From: Squalus acanthias | Taxonomy: Eukaryota | Direction: 5' to 3' | Assembly (NCBI GenBank): GCA_030390025.1 | Contig: CM059438.1 | Location: forward strand, 69,194,001 to 69,258,000 | DNA length: 64,000 nucleotides | Shown here: piece after piece, positions 1 through 11,349 of the stretch | Layout of the letters: each line of letters starts with the position of its first letter | Position numbering within the stretch: the stretch's first letter is position 1 | Translations under genes and position numbers: made by a program | The notes under the pieces: generated by a model | Database searches by the model: none | The model's input: only the letters and a program-made list of their open reading frames with translations | What the model was told of the DNA's origin: nothing

Positions 1-84
1 TCAGTTGCTAATCCAGAAGCCTATTTGTATTTGATCAACAGTCGAAGCAACCCCATAAGAAACAAAATGATAACAAAGTTATTG

Positions 85-505
85 GCGTCAGCTGTGGCCG
101 ACTGGGTCAAACTCTCGCCTCTGAGCCAAGAAGGATGTGAGTTCACAGTCCCACTCCAGAGACCTGAACACGACTTGCACACATAATCTAAGCTGACACT
201 TTAGTGCAGTACTGAAGGAGAGTTGCACTGTCGGAAGTGACAAATTTCGGATGAGACATTAAACCGAGGTCCCATGGCACTATTTCAAAGAAGAGCGGGA
301 CAGTTCTGGCCAATATTTGTCCCTCAACCAACATCAATAAAAAACATATTATCTGGTCATTATCACTTGTGGGACCTTGCTGTGCACAGATTGGCTGCCA
401 CGTTTCCTACATTACAACAGTGACTAATTTGAAAAGTACTTCATTGTCTATAAAGTGCTTTGGGACGTCCTGAGGTCATGAAAGGCGCTTTTTAAATTCA
501 CTTCT
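85..505 (+). mobile_element. tRNA-derived SINE of the DeuSINE type (SacSINE1-like)
   Basis: tRNA-like head; Deu-domain-like core (ggatgagacattaaaccgagg...cccatggcactatttcaaagaagagc); L2-like tail (taaagtgctttgggacgtcctgaggtcatgaaaggcgc). Homologous copies at 20020, 33984 and 60200. Family name recalled, not searched. Confidence 0.75.
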
Positions 506-899
506 TTTTTTTTTGATCATAATGCATTGAAGGTAAGAACGTTTCCTTAAGGAAAAAAATTTACTCTTCAAAATGTGCTGGCGAAAGAGCACAAAAATTG
601 AACTGGTTGTTCTTTGAGCTGCTTTTTAGCAGTGAAGGTTAATGAGACAGTCTAGCATGATTGTGAGCTTGAAATGAGAGACAGCACAGTAGCAATCTCA
701 AACTGAGTCAATCTGTCTGCATTTACCATCTTTTAAAGACGCCAGTACTTGGCCTTTGAAAGAACAAAACCACGTTTTTAAAATGTCATCGTTCTGCGGT
801 CTGAGTTAAGACCAGGTAATAGTGGCCAAGTCCGACCGCATTAACAACAATGAAATTGAATTCAGTGAGTGGATTTGCCTGTTCCTGATCCTATTATTC

Positions 900-1055
900 A
901 ACTGGGTGCAGCAAGTACAGGAAAATCAGGCAGGTAGGATTGCGCTCCCCTAGCGGAATCCACCTGATTTTCCATCAAATACTTTAAATAGGTGGAAAAT
1001 TAGACCATAGTGCACTCTTCTCTGCCTGATTTTCCTGTGGTTACTGAGCCCAGGT
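900..1055. repeat. short palindromic (fold-back) MITE-like element
   Basis: Perfect 17-bp inverted repeat acaggaaaatcaggcag (917-933) / ctgcctgattttcctgt (1022-1038), with imperfect pairing further in and out. Confidence 0.6.
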
Positions 1056-1345
1056 GGTCCAATAGCCCCAAGCACAGGGAACATAAGGTCTGCTGCAATA
1101 TCGGTCATTTTTGGGTGTCTGCAGATTAATTCTGGTTAGAATCAAATTCCGAAAGAACCAATGATCCGGATTAAAAACCCATGGGGTTCATGAAGCCTTA
1201 AAAGGACATTGTCACCCAACCAGGAATAGAGCTAGCTGAGCATTTTAAATTTTACTTAACTAAACATCGCATTGCAATTCTTTTCCAGGGCACATCTTTT
1301 AAACATCTACTTTTTAATTAAAAAAATGATTTTTTTTTCATGCAG

Positions 1346-1720
1346 ATGTATATGTCAACGACATCTGTACAAACACCAGTGACCGCCTCTGCCAGTTACT
1401 AACCAGATGTGATGGTGCCCATTTATGTTAAACATGCCAAGTTCATATCTTTGCATAACCGCTGCAAAAGTTTGGCTTTGGTTGATATTTGCAACTGGTG
1501 TAAAGTGAAATATTGTGCAACGGCATCCAAAACAATCGTCTGTAAAAATGGTTTTTGAGGCTCTGCAAAGCAGAATCCAACTCTCTGAGTAATTCCTGCT
1601 ATTCCCCTCATAAGATGTTGCATTTATGTTACTCATTGCATTGCACTGCTGCTACTTAATTGATCCTGTTCATGTTCTGTATATATGGTAGCTGCCATTA
1701 AAAAAAAGTGTTTTTTTTAA
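1346..1720 (+). other. candidate orphan terminal exon of an unidentified host gene
   Basis: T-rich tract plus TGCAG acceptor ending at 1345; short open frames (MYMSTTSVQTPVTASASY* to 1402, or xVYVNDICTNTSDRLCQLLTRCDGAHLC* to 1431); repeat-free AT-rich downstream sequence; ATTAAA at 1697-1702 followed by T/GT-rich sequence. Confidence 0.3.
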
Positions 1721-2723
1721 AAAACTAACCAAGTGACTTTTGTTTTGGTTTCTAATCTTGGCCAATTCATCTCCTAAAATGAATTTAGACAAACCAGTCA
1801 CTACAGTCTTCAGGTTAAAACCTAAAGTGATTTTCAGTCCAATTATATGGCACTAAATATTTTTTCTTCCCGTCTTAGGCCGCAATAAATTATTCAGAGT
1901 GTACGTGAAAAATGTGCAGGGTTATCTGGCATTGCTACTGAGAATGTGAAGTGTTGTATTCACACGGCCATTTCTTCAAATGACTGACTGCACAAGTATA
2001 GATTCTAAACTGCCTGAGATTCCACCAAATAGATTTCCTACTTCAGCTCATTAAGAAATAAGAAGGCATGGGTCCAGTTCCCTAATGGTTATGGTACTGG
2101 GCTAGCAGCCCAATGCATGGCAAGTTGTGTAATTGAATTCACTTAAAAATGTGAGCCCAGATTTTCCTGTCAAAATATGTCAAATGTCAGTGAGGCTATT
2201 GGTGCTCGCTATTATTTGTGCATAAATGGTACAGCAACATCAGGCGAGGTGCAGATGCGCTGTTAAACTCAAAAATCCAAATGTTGCTGTCCGTGTTGCA
2301 CATGCACAATCGAAAACGACGGGCTGGATTTTCCTAGTTGGGGCGGGTTGGCGGCGGGACTGATAGTCGGCGGGTTCCGATCCTGCTCCCAGCTCCAGCA
2401 GGCCGGCTAACACAATTTTCAGTTAATTGGGCTAGTTAAGCCCCCCCTGTGCGCGTTACCCGCCCTGATCACAAGGTGCGGGTCTGCTGAGCTGCTCTGA
2501 TGACACGTTTGCAGCCGATGTATTTAAGGGGGCCATTTCACAATTAGATCTCACTTCGTTTTGGATGCTCCAGAGTGCTGGTGGTCTCCACGATGTCCTG
2601 AGAGACAAAAGGCAGCTCCCCACCGTGATCCTGCCTCCATATGAGTTTCCAAAGTGTCGGGTCTGCGAATTGGGAACTGACCCGACATCAAGCGGCAGGT
2701 GAGGGATTAAAGATACTTAAGTC

Positions 2724-3128
2724 AGACCATAACCTCTGCCCCTATCATTTTTTTTTCTTCTCTCTCTCACATGGCAGCTGTCGATCATTCAGCCATTGCC
2801 ATTTACACTTCATCTAGAGCCATCTTTTGTTTCTTAACTTGTCCCATTACCATCTCCTTTTGCCTTGCACCATCATCCCTTTTGTCTTTTAATCTCTCCG
2901 GCCTTCCATCCTATCACAGACCTTCCCTTTTGTTCTTTCCTCCCCTCCCCCCTTTCACTTGCTTAAAAACCTGTTCCATCTCCAACTTTTTCCAGTTCTG
3001 ACGAAGGGTCATCGACCTGAAACGTTAACTCAGTTTCTCTCTCCACAGATGCTGCCTGACCTGCTGAGTATTTCCAGCATTTTCTGTTTTTATTTCAGAT
3101 TTTCAGCATCCGCAGTATTTTGCTTTTG
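2724..3128 (+). mobile_element. Penelope-like-element-derived 3'/pLTR fragment with a 16-bp TSD
   Basis: Exact direct repeat taaagatacttaagtc at 2708-2723 and 3129-3144 flanks a pyrimidine-rich 405-bp insert. The insert contains a hammerhead core followed by gatgctgcctgacctgctgagtatttccagc. Decayed homolog at about 11350-11695. Confidence 0.75.
2994..3030 (+). ncRNA. minimal type I hammerhead ribozyme motif
   Basis: AGTT-CTGACGA-(A)GGGTC atc GACCT-GAAA-CGT-T-AACT: CUGANGA core 2998-3004, stem II, GAAA 3019-3022, palindromic ACGT in place of stem III, stem I AGTT/AACT. Predicted cleavage after U3026. Confidence 0.7.
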
Positions 3129-3589
3129 TAAAGATACTTAAGTCCTTGTTATGTGCTTGTTAATTGCTATTTTGACAGCCTTTTCCTATTTTCCCGCATT
3201 TTCAATGGGTTTCATCGACGTTCGGAGATCACGTCAGGTAAGTATGTCGGGAGTAGCAGCGAGCTGCATAATTCGCAGTTGAAACTGCAGTATAAAAGCT
3301 GAATTCTCACATCTGTACACTTTCAAATGTCAGCGGTTGTTGATTTCAGGATATGGAAGACACATTTGATCTGTCTTAAGGCTGTCAGTGTGTGGTGTTA
3401 ACTCTATATGCACTTTCACCACCATTGCTGGACATAAAAGGCGCCCTCACCCTTCAATGTGCCACTTCAAATTGAGCCCACACATATGGCAACCAATGTC
3501 AAACATTCGTACAACATTAATCCAACAGAGTAAAAGAACAGAAACTTAACATTGATTTCTAGCTGAACACCTAAGTGAGTACCTTGTGA

Positions 3590-4380
3590 TTATTTATGTG
3601 GCAGCTTTCTCTTCTGCGTGCTTCTACATGGTGCTACCCCTGTGGCTTCAACAGATGTAGAGGCAGCCTGCTCACTTCCCTGCTGTGCCTGCTTAGACGC
3701 CTTTGGCGGTCGTCCTCTGGGTTTTGGAGCCTGTGAAGGCCCCTCCAAAATCTGCTCCTCCTGTGGCTGCACAGGGGCAGACTCGGCCATCACTGTTCGG
3801 GGAGTCATCTGGGGCTCTGACCGAGGGGTTGGTAAGGGGATGGCAGTTTGAGCACTTGGAGAGGAGCCCCCACTTCCATGTCTCCTCCCACCATCATCCC
3901 TCTCATGGGCCACCCGCACTTCCCTGCTAGCGAGTAGCTAGAGAGCACCTTGATGCACATCAGTGGGGGCCATGAGGACCCGTCTCTGTATTGATGGGGA
4001 CGTCCATGAACCTCTGGTTCCTCTCCACGATAGATGCCCATCTATCCTCCAAAGCTGACCATCTATTTAGAAGAGTTACCATGTTGTTTTGTGTCTGGCG
4101 ATTTATGTCCTCCATGGAGGTTGCCATCCTTTCCATGGCAGAACCTACAGTTGCCAGTGCGTGCGCCATGGCATTGCTCATGTTTGAGATGGACTTCTCC
4201 ATTCTCTGCACACTCGCAGTTACCGTGTTTGCAAACCCAGTCAGAGCCTCCTGCACTTGTTCATGAAGCTCCAGCACCGCTCTCTTTCTGGATGGCCCCC
4301 GAGGCTCAGCGTCCACATGCAGCTGAGCAGAGCTAGGAGCGTCCTACGGCCTCCGACGAGGACTCTCCACTGCTGTCCCT
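3590..4380 (-). pseudogene. Harbinger Myb/SANT-like gene, last exon (frameshifted)
   Basis: ORFs 3960-4316 (coiled-coil-like, AVLELHEQVQE...ERMATSMEDI) and 3590-3919 (PKPRGRPPK...RSTQKRKLPHK*) align with ORFs 16262-16711 and 15745-16218. Confidence 0.75.
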
Positions 4381-4409
4381 GATAACTTGTGGGCTTGCAA
4401 CAGAAAAAT

Positions 4410-4575
4410 AAGTATGACAGCTTCTGGATTGTTGTGAAAATTCAACTGGGTCACTTCAGGGAAGGCAACCTGACACCATTAGTTGGTCTGGCCTAGATGT
4501 GACTCCAGGGCATATCCTGTGCCACCTCAGGATGGGCAATAAATTTTGCCTTGCCAGTGTCACCCACATTCCGAA
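4410..4575 (+). mobile_element. SINE/LINE 3' fragment sharing its tail with the LINE at 48205-53321
   Basis: aggatgggcaataaattttgccttgccagtgtcacccacattcc matches the LINE 3' end at about 53255-53300. Confidence 0.5.
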
Positions 4576-4654
4576 ATCAGAATTATATTTGCAATGCACT
4601 TGACATGGCATATGCTGGTAAGGATGTAACAGGTGGATTGGTGCTAAGGTAAGT

Positions 4655-5359
4655 GGGGTCGAGTTTCCGCTCGTAATATCAGCGCAATCAGAACGGAATC
4701 GGTCGAATCAGCGCAAAAGATCGGGGAATTTTAAACGTGAGTTACGCCCAAAACCACTTACGCTCCTGTATTCTGCAATCTTTTACGACGGTTCAAGCTT
4801 CAATTCACCCGGATCAGGCCCCGCCCACAAAACTGGCCACACCCCCAGATCAAAATTGTGAGATTCCGCCAAGTGTTTTGCTTCGAGAAGGCTCTTCAAA
4901 TTGCGTTCTTTTTCTTCGGCGCACAGGCACCAGTCGGCACGTTTTAAAAGTTTTTTTCATGTCAAAAAATATTTAATTTACTAAGAAACTGACTAGAGTA
5001 CACCAATGAAACTATTAAATGCTTCAGTTTAGTTTTTTAAGTTATTTTCAGTGATTGTAAATCAGGTGACTCACAGATGGAGGACTGGACTTTATTCTTA
5101 AAAATGCTTATTTTTTGTGATAAACCCTTTTTCAGCTGAACCAATGAAACTGCACCAGGTTATCGCTCTTAAACACATCAAGGAATACTTTTTAATGGAA
5201 AGAGAAAAAAGAAGCGATTACGTTCTATTTCGCTGTGCTGGTTCATGGAAGGTTTTACGTTTGAAATTATGCAAATTAATTCCAGCAGAAACTCGAACTG
5301 TAACCAAACCAGCTCAATTTCAAGCACGTTTAATTGCGCCCAAAGTGGAAACGCTACCC
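4655..5359. mobile_element. degenerate Harbinger-type MITE
   Basis: Imperfect termini ggggtcgagtttccg / tggaaacgctaccc; CpG-rich ends and AT-rich core like the other MITEs; no TSD resolved. Confidence 0.4.
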
Positions 5360-5479
5360 ATAAAGGTGCATCTCCCGACACACTTTTGGCCAGTCTAGGT
5401 CTCGCGAGCTGGTGCAGTGCATTGCCAGGTCGTTTGCCAGGTTTGGAGTGGTAGGTGTGTGCAGTGACGTTGACTGGTG

Positions 5480-7180
5480 GGGAAGGCCGGAATTTTTGCG
5501 GTGTGGTAGCGGGCGCGAGCGGTGGCGGATACGGTGGGAAAGTTGTTATTTTTGACAGCTAGTCGGGCACCCGCTGTCATCCCGCACCCCCCCCCCCCGC
5601 CCCACGTGCCTTTCTCTTCAGGCGCGTCTGTCATCGCGGAGCCGACCCGACCGGCATGGCCACGGGATTCACACAGCTCAGGAACCATGTCTGTCAACCT
5701 GAGGCAGGAGTTCAGTGGCCATTGCCCCAGCTATTGACTTGACAGCATCAAATGTACAGTGAAAGCTCCCACCTGACAGATCATCACTTTCCTCAGGCAG
5801 AAGCTGTTGCTCAGTCCATTTCCAGCACAGATTCTACAGGCTGCAAGTGTTTCCAGCAAAGCCTCCATCCAGTGTCACCTCATTGGAAGAACTCTCTCAC
5901 CATTGACAGATCGCTTCTGTCATCTGTACTTCACCTGCCATCTATTCCATCAACATGGGTGCTGTTTATACTGTCTCACCTTGGTCCTCAGAATCTGACC
6001 ACGATCAGCACCAGCACCACCAGGCACGCCAGCAGCACCAGCAACAACACCAACATTCTCCGCAATCACCTGATGCTGCACATGACAGACGGCATCAGCA
6101 CCCGAGCACATTGCTGCCTGGGAGGCCAGGGATGGCCTCATCATGGACTGATTTACTTAATTTTACACTGTACACCTATATGGTCGCCACATGATGCGTC
6201 AGGTTGTCACCACCCCACACCAACACCATAAAGCATTCCTACAATGACCAAGCCATTCCTTTAACACTCATCACCATTGAGGGGGGTACCGTTATGTCTC
6301 ACCATTCACTGCAACTCACTAAACCACTTCCGAAGGTGCACACAAATCTGTCCAAGACCAGAAAGTGTTGAAAATAAAGATTTTTATATTTCACACCACA
6401 TTAACAGAAACTTTACATAAACATTGCATAAAACACCCAAGTGGCTACCCTTGTGTGTTGTTAGTTTGTATGATTGCACTAGGATGAGGGTGAGTGTGAG
6501 GGGTGGCTAGTGAGATGGGGAAGTGATAATGTAGATAGAGAGAGAGGGATGCGTGGACGAGCAAGGTATGTTGGTATGGGTAAGGATGTGCAGGAGTAGG
6601 GTTGGGAAAGCAGAGTGATGGGGATGTGATGAGAGGCACAGCAGGATGCAGTTGAGTGTGGCTTTGTACTAACGTTTCGTGATCTCATGAGATCATTGAA
6701 ACATTTACGGCACTGCACCCAGGTCCTCCTGACCACATCCCTGCTTGTGCCCTCCTCTGCAATCTGCAACCAGGCTGTATTGGTCTCCTGGGGAGATCTC
6801 TTCCGCCCATCGGAACAGAAGAGGACCTCCCTACGTGCTCTGACGAGTCATCGGAGAACCTGGGTGTAGCCCTCTGCCTCTGTGCAGTCATTGTCAGTGT
6901 TTGCAGCACTCCAATGCTGTAGTGCACTGACTGCACTATGTTAGATTAAACTTCAAATGTAATGTGGCCATGGCCCCTTTAAAGATCCCGGCTGAAAACA
7001 CATCATGAATAACGTCACCAGACCCGCTCCATCTAATTGGGCCGGGTAACTCGCTGGGCGGGCTTAATAGGCCCCATTAAGGTAAGTTCATTTTCAACAG
7101 AGGGATAGAGCCAGCAGCGGGGTCGTGACCCGCTATGGACACCGCCCACACCGGACCCGCCCAGGTAGGCAAAATTCCCC
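5480..7180. mobile_element. non-autonomous Harbinger deletion derivative
   Basis: Right end ...aggcaaaattcccc (7180). Contains a Myb exon-1 remnant on the minus strand, the shared motif aacacccaagtggctacccttg, and a Gln/His-rich region resembling the transposase 5' part. Inverted homolog at 8775-10105. Left boundary approximate. Confidence 0.7.
6674..6891 (-). pseudogene. Myb/SANT-like exon 1 remnant
   Basis: MTAQRQRATPRFSDDS... then, after a frameshift, ...QIAEEGTSRDVVRRTWVQCRKCFNDLMRSRN|GTTAGT. Donor is at the position equivalent to 17499. Confidence 0.7.
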
Positions 7181-8774
7181 TCGAAGTGTTTGGCCCAGTT
7201 ATTTTCTGTTTTAACTTCAGTGCAAAACTGAACCAATGTCTACTGTAAAAAAGTTAATACGCCACTTTGTATACTGACTGACAAATTCTTACTGAGACTC
7301 GAAACAAATTAATATCATTGCACATTACTGAACTGGAGTGTTTCAGGAAAATTCCCTGGGGGAAATGATACAATAAATTATACAATGATTCTTAAACTGC
7401 TTTATCCCTTCTGTGGAAGGATACACATTACTCAGGCAATGGGTAAAGAAGACCTGCAGCACAAAAAAAATTATAGGAAACACAGCAGGCTATTCAGTAC
7501 CGAAGCTATAATGTCATTGATGGGAGCTTTTATGCTGTTGGAGCCTTTTAGTAAAAAAACAGAAAATCATCATATCGAACTCCACGAACACAGCAAAAGT
7601 CACCAGCACGTCGGAGCAAAGGAAATGAATGAAACTGAGAACATTTCAAGTAATAACTTAATAAACGTTTAAATAATCGGGATTATCGCCAAGTGTTGAG
7701 TTACCCGGTGTACTCATTTTTCTGCGCTGTTCTTAATCTTAAGAATCAGAAACCCCAGGTGAGATCTTTCCAAAATGTCAGGGCTGAGAAAGAGGATATT
7801 ACTATTCAAAATTATTTTGTCAGTTGGTAATGTGAGCTCTAATGGGGATGACAAATCATCAGTCAAACAGCAGCCGAATGGCCAGTTGATTCTGCACCTT
7901 CATTTAACTGGGTACTGCCACGTGTCACTCGTTCTGCCACGATGCCAGTTAACTCCACTATTTTCCCATCAATAGCCACAATTTCACCGTGGCACAGGCA
8001 ATAATGGTGACAGTTACTGTGAAAAGCTGGCTCATTAACGTTAGTTCAGCTGTTTATTATTCTTGTCCCTCGGGAGTATCGTTTTTGTAACTGCTTTCTT
8101 CAATGTAAATCAAGTGTATCTGCAGGATTAACTTTTTGGTGTATTCATCTAAAATAGCCTAGAGTGCATTTATCATAGACGCAGCTTTATATGTCATTAT
8201 AATCATACGTATTAGCATTTTCATATCTTCAACATGCTGTGGCATGAGCCTGAAGAAATATTCGGCAATATCCCGCATTATTTGAAAGTTGAAAATGCAA
8301 TATAATTTGAACCTTTTGGATTTATACTGGCAACTCTTTAACAACTGTTTGCACAATTACTGATAAGCCTCAAGCACAACTCCAAACTGACCATGCAGGC
8401 TGGTTTCTCCATTGCTGGTGGTGCTCTGGAATCATTCCTTCAATGTACCTGGGGCAGATCGTGTATCACTGGCAGCCTTACCATATTGCAGAACCACTTC
8501 AGAAGAGACAATTCCTGAATGCAAATGTCCTGTCAAAATCTTTGCCCACGTGCAAAGTATGTGGAGTAAAAATTGCATGCGGGAAGCTTTTCATCAAATG
8601 TTTATTTTGTAATATGTTTCAAGTAGTTGGAGGCAGTTGAATCTCTTATTTATGCATATCTGAGCGTGAACACAAAAATAAAAACAGCAGAAAAATAATT
8701 AACTGGGAGGAGGAAAATCCTGGCAGGACTGTACCATTATTTGAGTAAGGAGAGGAATTCTGGATAAAAAGGAG

Positions 8775-10105
8775 GGGCTGGATTTTACCAACCTCAGCGG
8801 GTCCATGGCGGGCGACATTGATGGCAGCTCCTGGCCCCGCTGCTGTCTCCAGCCCGCTGTCCAAAATTATTTTCCTCTGATTGGGCTTGTTAAGCCTGCC
8901 CAGGGCATTTCCCGGCCAATTGAAGGAAGCGGGTCTGATGACGTCATTTGATGACATGTCATCAGCCGGTTTCCTTAACGGGACCGTGCACAAATTTAGT
9001 TTGACAGTTGTACTGTCAGTGTTCTACAGCATTGAGGTGCTGCAAACACTGACAAGCACTGCACAGAGGTGCACGGCTGCACCCAGGCTCTCCCATGATT
9101 CCCTCCATATGCTAATGGAGGGAGTCACAGCACGAAGGGAGGTTCTCTTCCCTTCCAATGGGCGGAAGAGACCTCCCCAGGAGATCAACGCAGCCTGGTT
9201 GCACATTGCACAGGAGGACACAAGCAGGGATGTCATCAGGAGGACCAGGCTGCAGTGGCGCAAACCTTTCAATCATCTCAGTAGATCATGAAATGTTACT
9301 GCAAAGCCACACTCAACCTCATCCTGCTGTGCCACTCATCACATTCCCATCACTCTGCCTTCCCTACCCTACTCCTGCACATCCTTACTCACACCAACTT
9401 ACCTTGCACCTCCACCCATCCCTCTCTATCTACATTATCACTCCCCATCTCACTAGCCACCCCTCACACTCACCCTCATCCTAGTCCAATCATGCCAACT
9501 ATCAACACACAATGGTAGCCACTTGGGTGTTTTATGCAATGTTCATGTAAAGTTTCTGTTAATGTGATGTCAAGCATTGAAACCTTTATTTTCAACACTT
9601 TCTGTTCTTGGACAGATTTGTGTGCACCTTTGGAAGTGGCTTAGTGAGTTGCAGTGAATGGTGAGACATAATGGTACCCCCCACAATGGTGGTGAGTGTG
9701 AAAGGAATGGCTTGGGCATTGTAGGGATGCTTTATGATGCTGGTGTGGGGTGGTGCCAACCCGGCGCAACATGTGGCAGCCAGGGTGTTACACATCAGGT
9801 GAAGTAAATGTGGCCATGGTGAGGCCATCCCTGGCGTCCCGGGCAGCAATGTGGTCGGGTAATGATGCCCTGTGTCCTGTGCAGCATCAGGTGATTGCGG
9901 AGAAGGTTGGTGTTTGTTGTTGGTGCTGCTGGTGTGCCTGGTGATGCTGGTATTGGGGCTGATCATGGTGGGATTCTGAGGACCAAGGTGAGATAGTATC
10001 GAGGGCACCGATGCTGTTGTAATAGATGGCAGGTGAACTTGAGATGACAGAAGCGATCTGTCAGTGGTGAGAGAGGTTGTTCCAATGAGGTGACACTGGA
10101 TTCAC
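8775..10105. mobile_element. non-autonomous Harbinger deletion derivative, opposite orientation to 5480-7180, truncated
   Basis: TIR gggctggatttt at 8775; Myb exon-1 remnant on + at about 9055-9294 (PRLSHDSLHMLMEGVTARREVLFPSNGRKRPPQEINAAWLHIAQE...); reverse-complement similarity to about 5860-7100. Confidence 0.8.
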
Positions 10106-11167
10106 GGCATACAGCATTGATATGGAAGGGAGGAGGGGCCACATTTAAAATTGAAATTCTTTTCCCCCATTGTAATCAGCTCTCCCTGCCAGGGAAGTTC
10201 AAAAATATTTTTTTAAGTACCTTCCACTTTAGTTGCCAGATGCCCGAGGCCTGGACCAATAATTTCCTCCCCTCCCTCACCCAAACCCGACAGCCAGGCT
10301 TGGGAACCCACCCAAATTCTTCAAATAGTCTAGCCCTGTAAAATCAACCATGACAGGCCATTGGGGCAGGCAGAAGTCCTGCCCAAGTGGAAATCCCTCC
10401 TAACTTGTCCGTTACTGAACTGAAGATGATCATTCAATTCATGGAAGCATTGTGCACTGGAGAACCCAAGTGAAGCAATGCAGAGTACAGCACTGCTAGT
10501 TCCTTCCCCTACTTCTTGATCTCAATAAGGAGCTGCTGTGTGGAAGTAAAGTATCTTCCCCAAGAGAGAGAATATAAATGAATGCTGATATCTATATATA
10601 TATATATTAGTAGCCCTACCTTTTGTCTGCTTTGGACTTGGCAAAAGAAGAGGATTTTATGAGTCCATTTTAAAATCTTGCCCACTAGTAGCACTTAAGC
10701 ATGGAAAATCCAACCCACGTTTGCGATATGGTTGCCCGTGGGTAAGGATTGCCACCATTAGCACATATTCATAAAATTACCCTCAAAATGCAATACTGAA
10801 AGGCCAGGAGCAGGTCAGCTGCACCACCTCTAGCTCCACATCCTGCAGAGTATGCCAAAATTCAGCTGATAAAAGAAGGAGCTGCCTCCACAAAAAGAAA
10901 CTCATGCCTTTGGACTCGGGCCAATTGGCTGAGCTAATTAGAAGTTCTATTCATTTTATTGAAAGAAGTTCAAAGGAAAGTTAGGAGGAGTGCTGTCTAA
11001 AAAAACAATAAGCTACAAAAGTAAATTGGTACTTTGGGTGGGAACACGACTGAACACGACTGCTGGGTGGTCAGTGCCCTTGGTCAATCTTTTTCTTCTT
11101 CTACTAGACTCCTGGGCCACTGGAACCTGCTGGTTTTTCATACTTCCCTTTCTACCTATCTTTAGTT

Positions 11168-11345
11168 AATTTTGACTTTGGGCGATAATGTAAAATGGGC
11201 ACTATTGGATCATCTGCCCGTTATACATCTCTCCCGATTTTCATTCCCATTAACTTCAATAGAAATGAAATCGGGAGAGATGTACAATGAGTGGCTGGTC
11301 CGATATTGCCTGTTTTATACTATCGCCCAAAGCCAAAATTGCCCC
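11168..11345. repeat. palindromic fold-back MITE (about 180 bp)
   Basis: Outer arms aattttgactttgggcgata / tatcgcccaaagccaaaatt (19/20); inner perfect 17-bp arms at 11224-11240 and 11268-11284; centre cccattaacttcaatag. Confidence 0.75.
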
Positions 11346-11349
11346 TCTG

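Larger units (their letters stand above)
2321..4380. mobile_element. truncated, internally deleted PIF/Harbinger element (left TIR plus last exon of the Myb-like gene)
   Basis: Begins with TIR gggctggattttcc. 3590-4380 is homologous to 15745-16630 of the full-length element. No transposase ORF and no right TIR found. Confidence 0.75.

Noticed and set aside
85..170. tRNA gene
   Set aside because: A/B-box-like head of a SINE; no complete cloverleaf.
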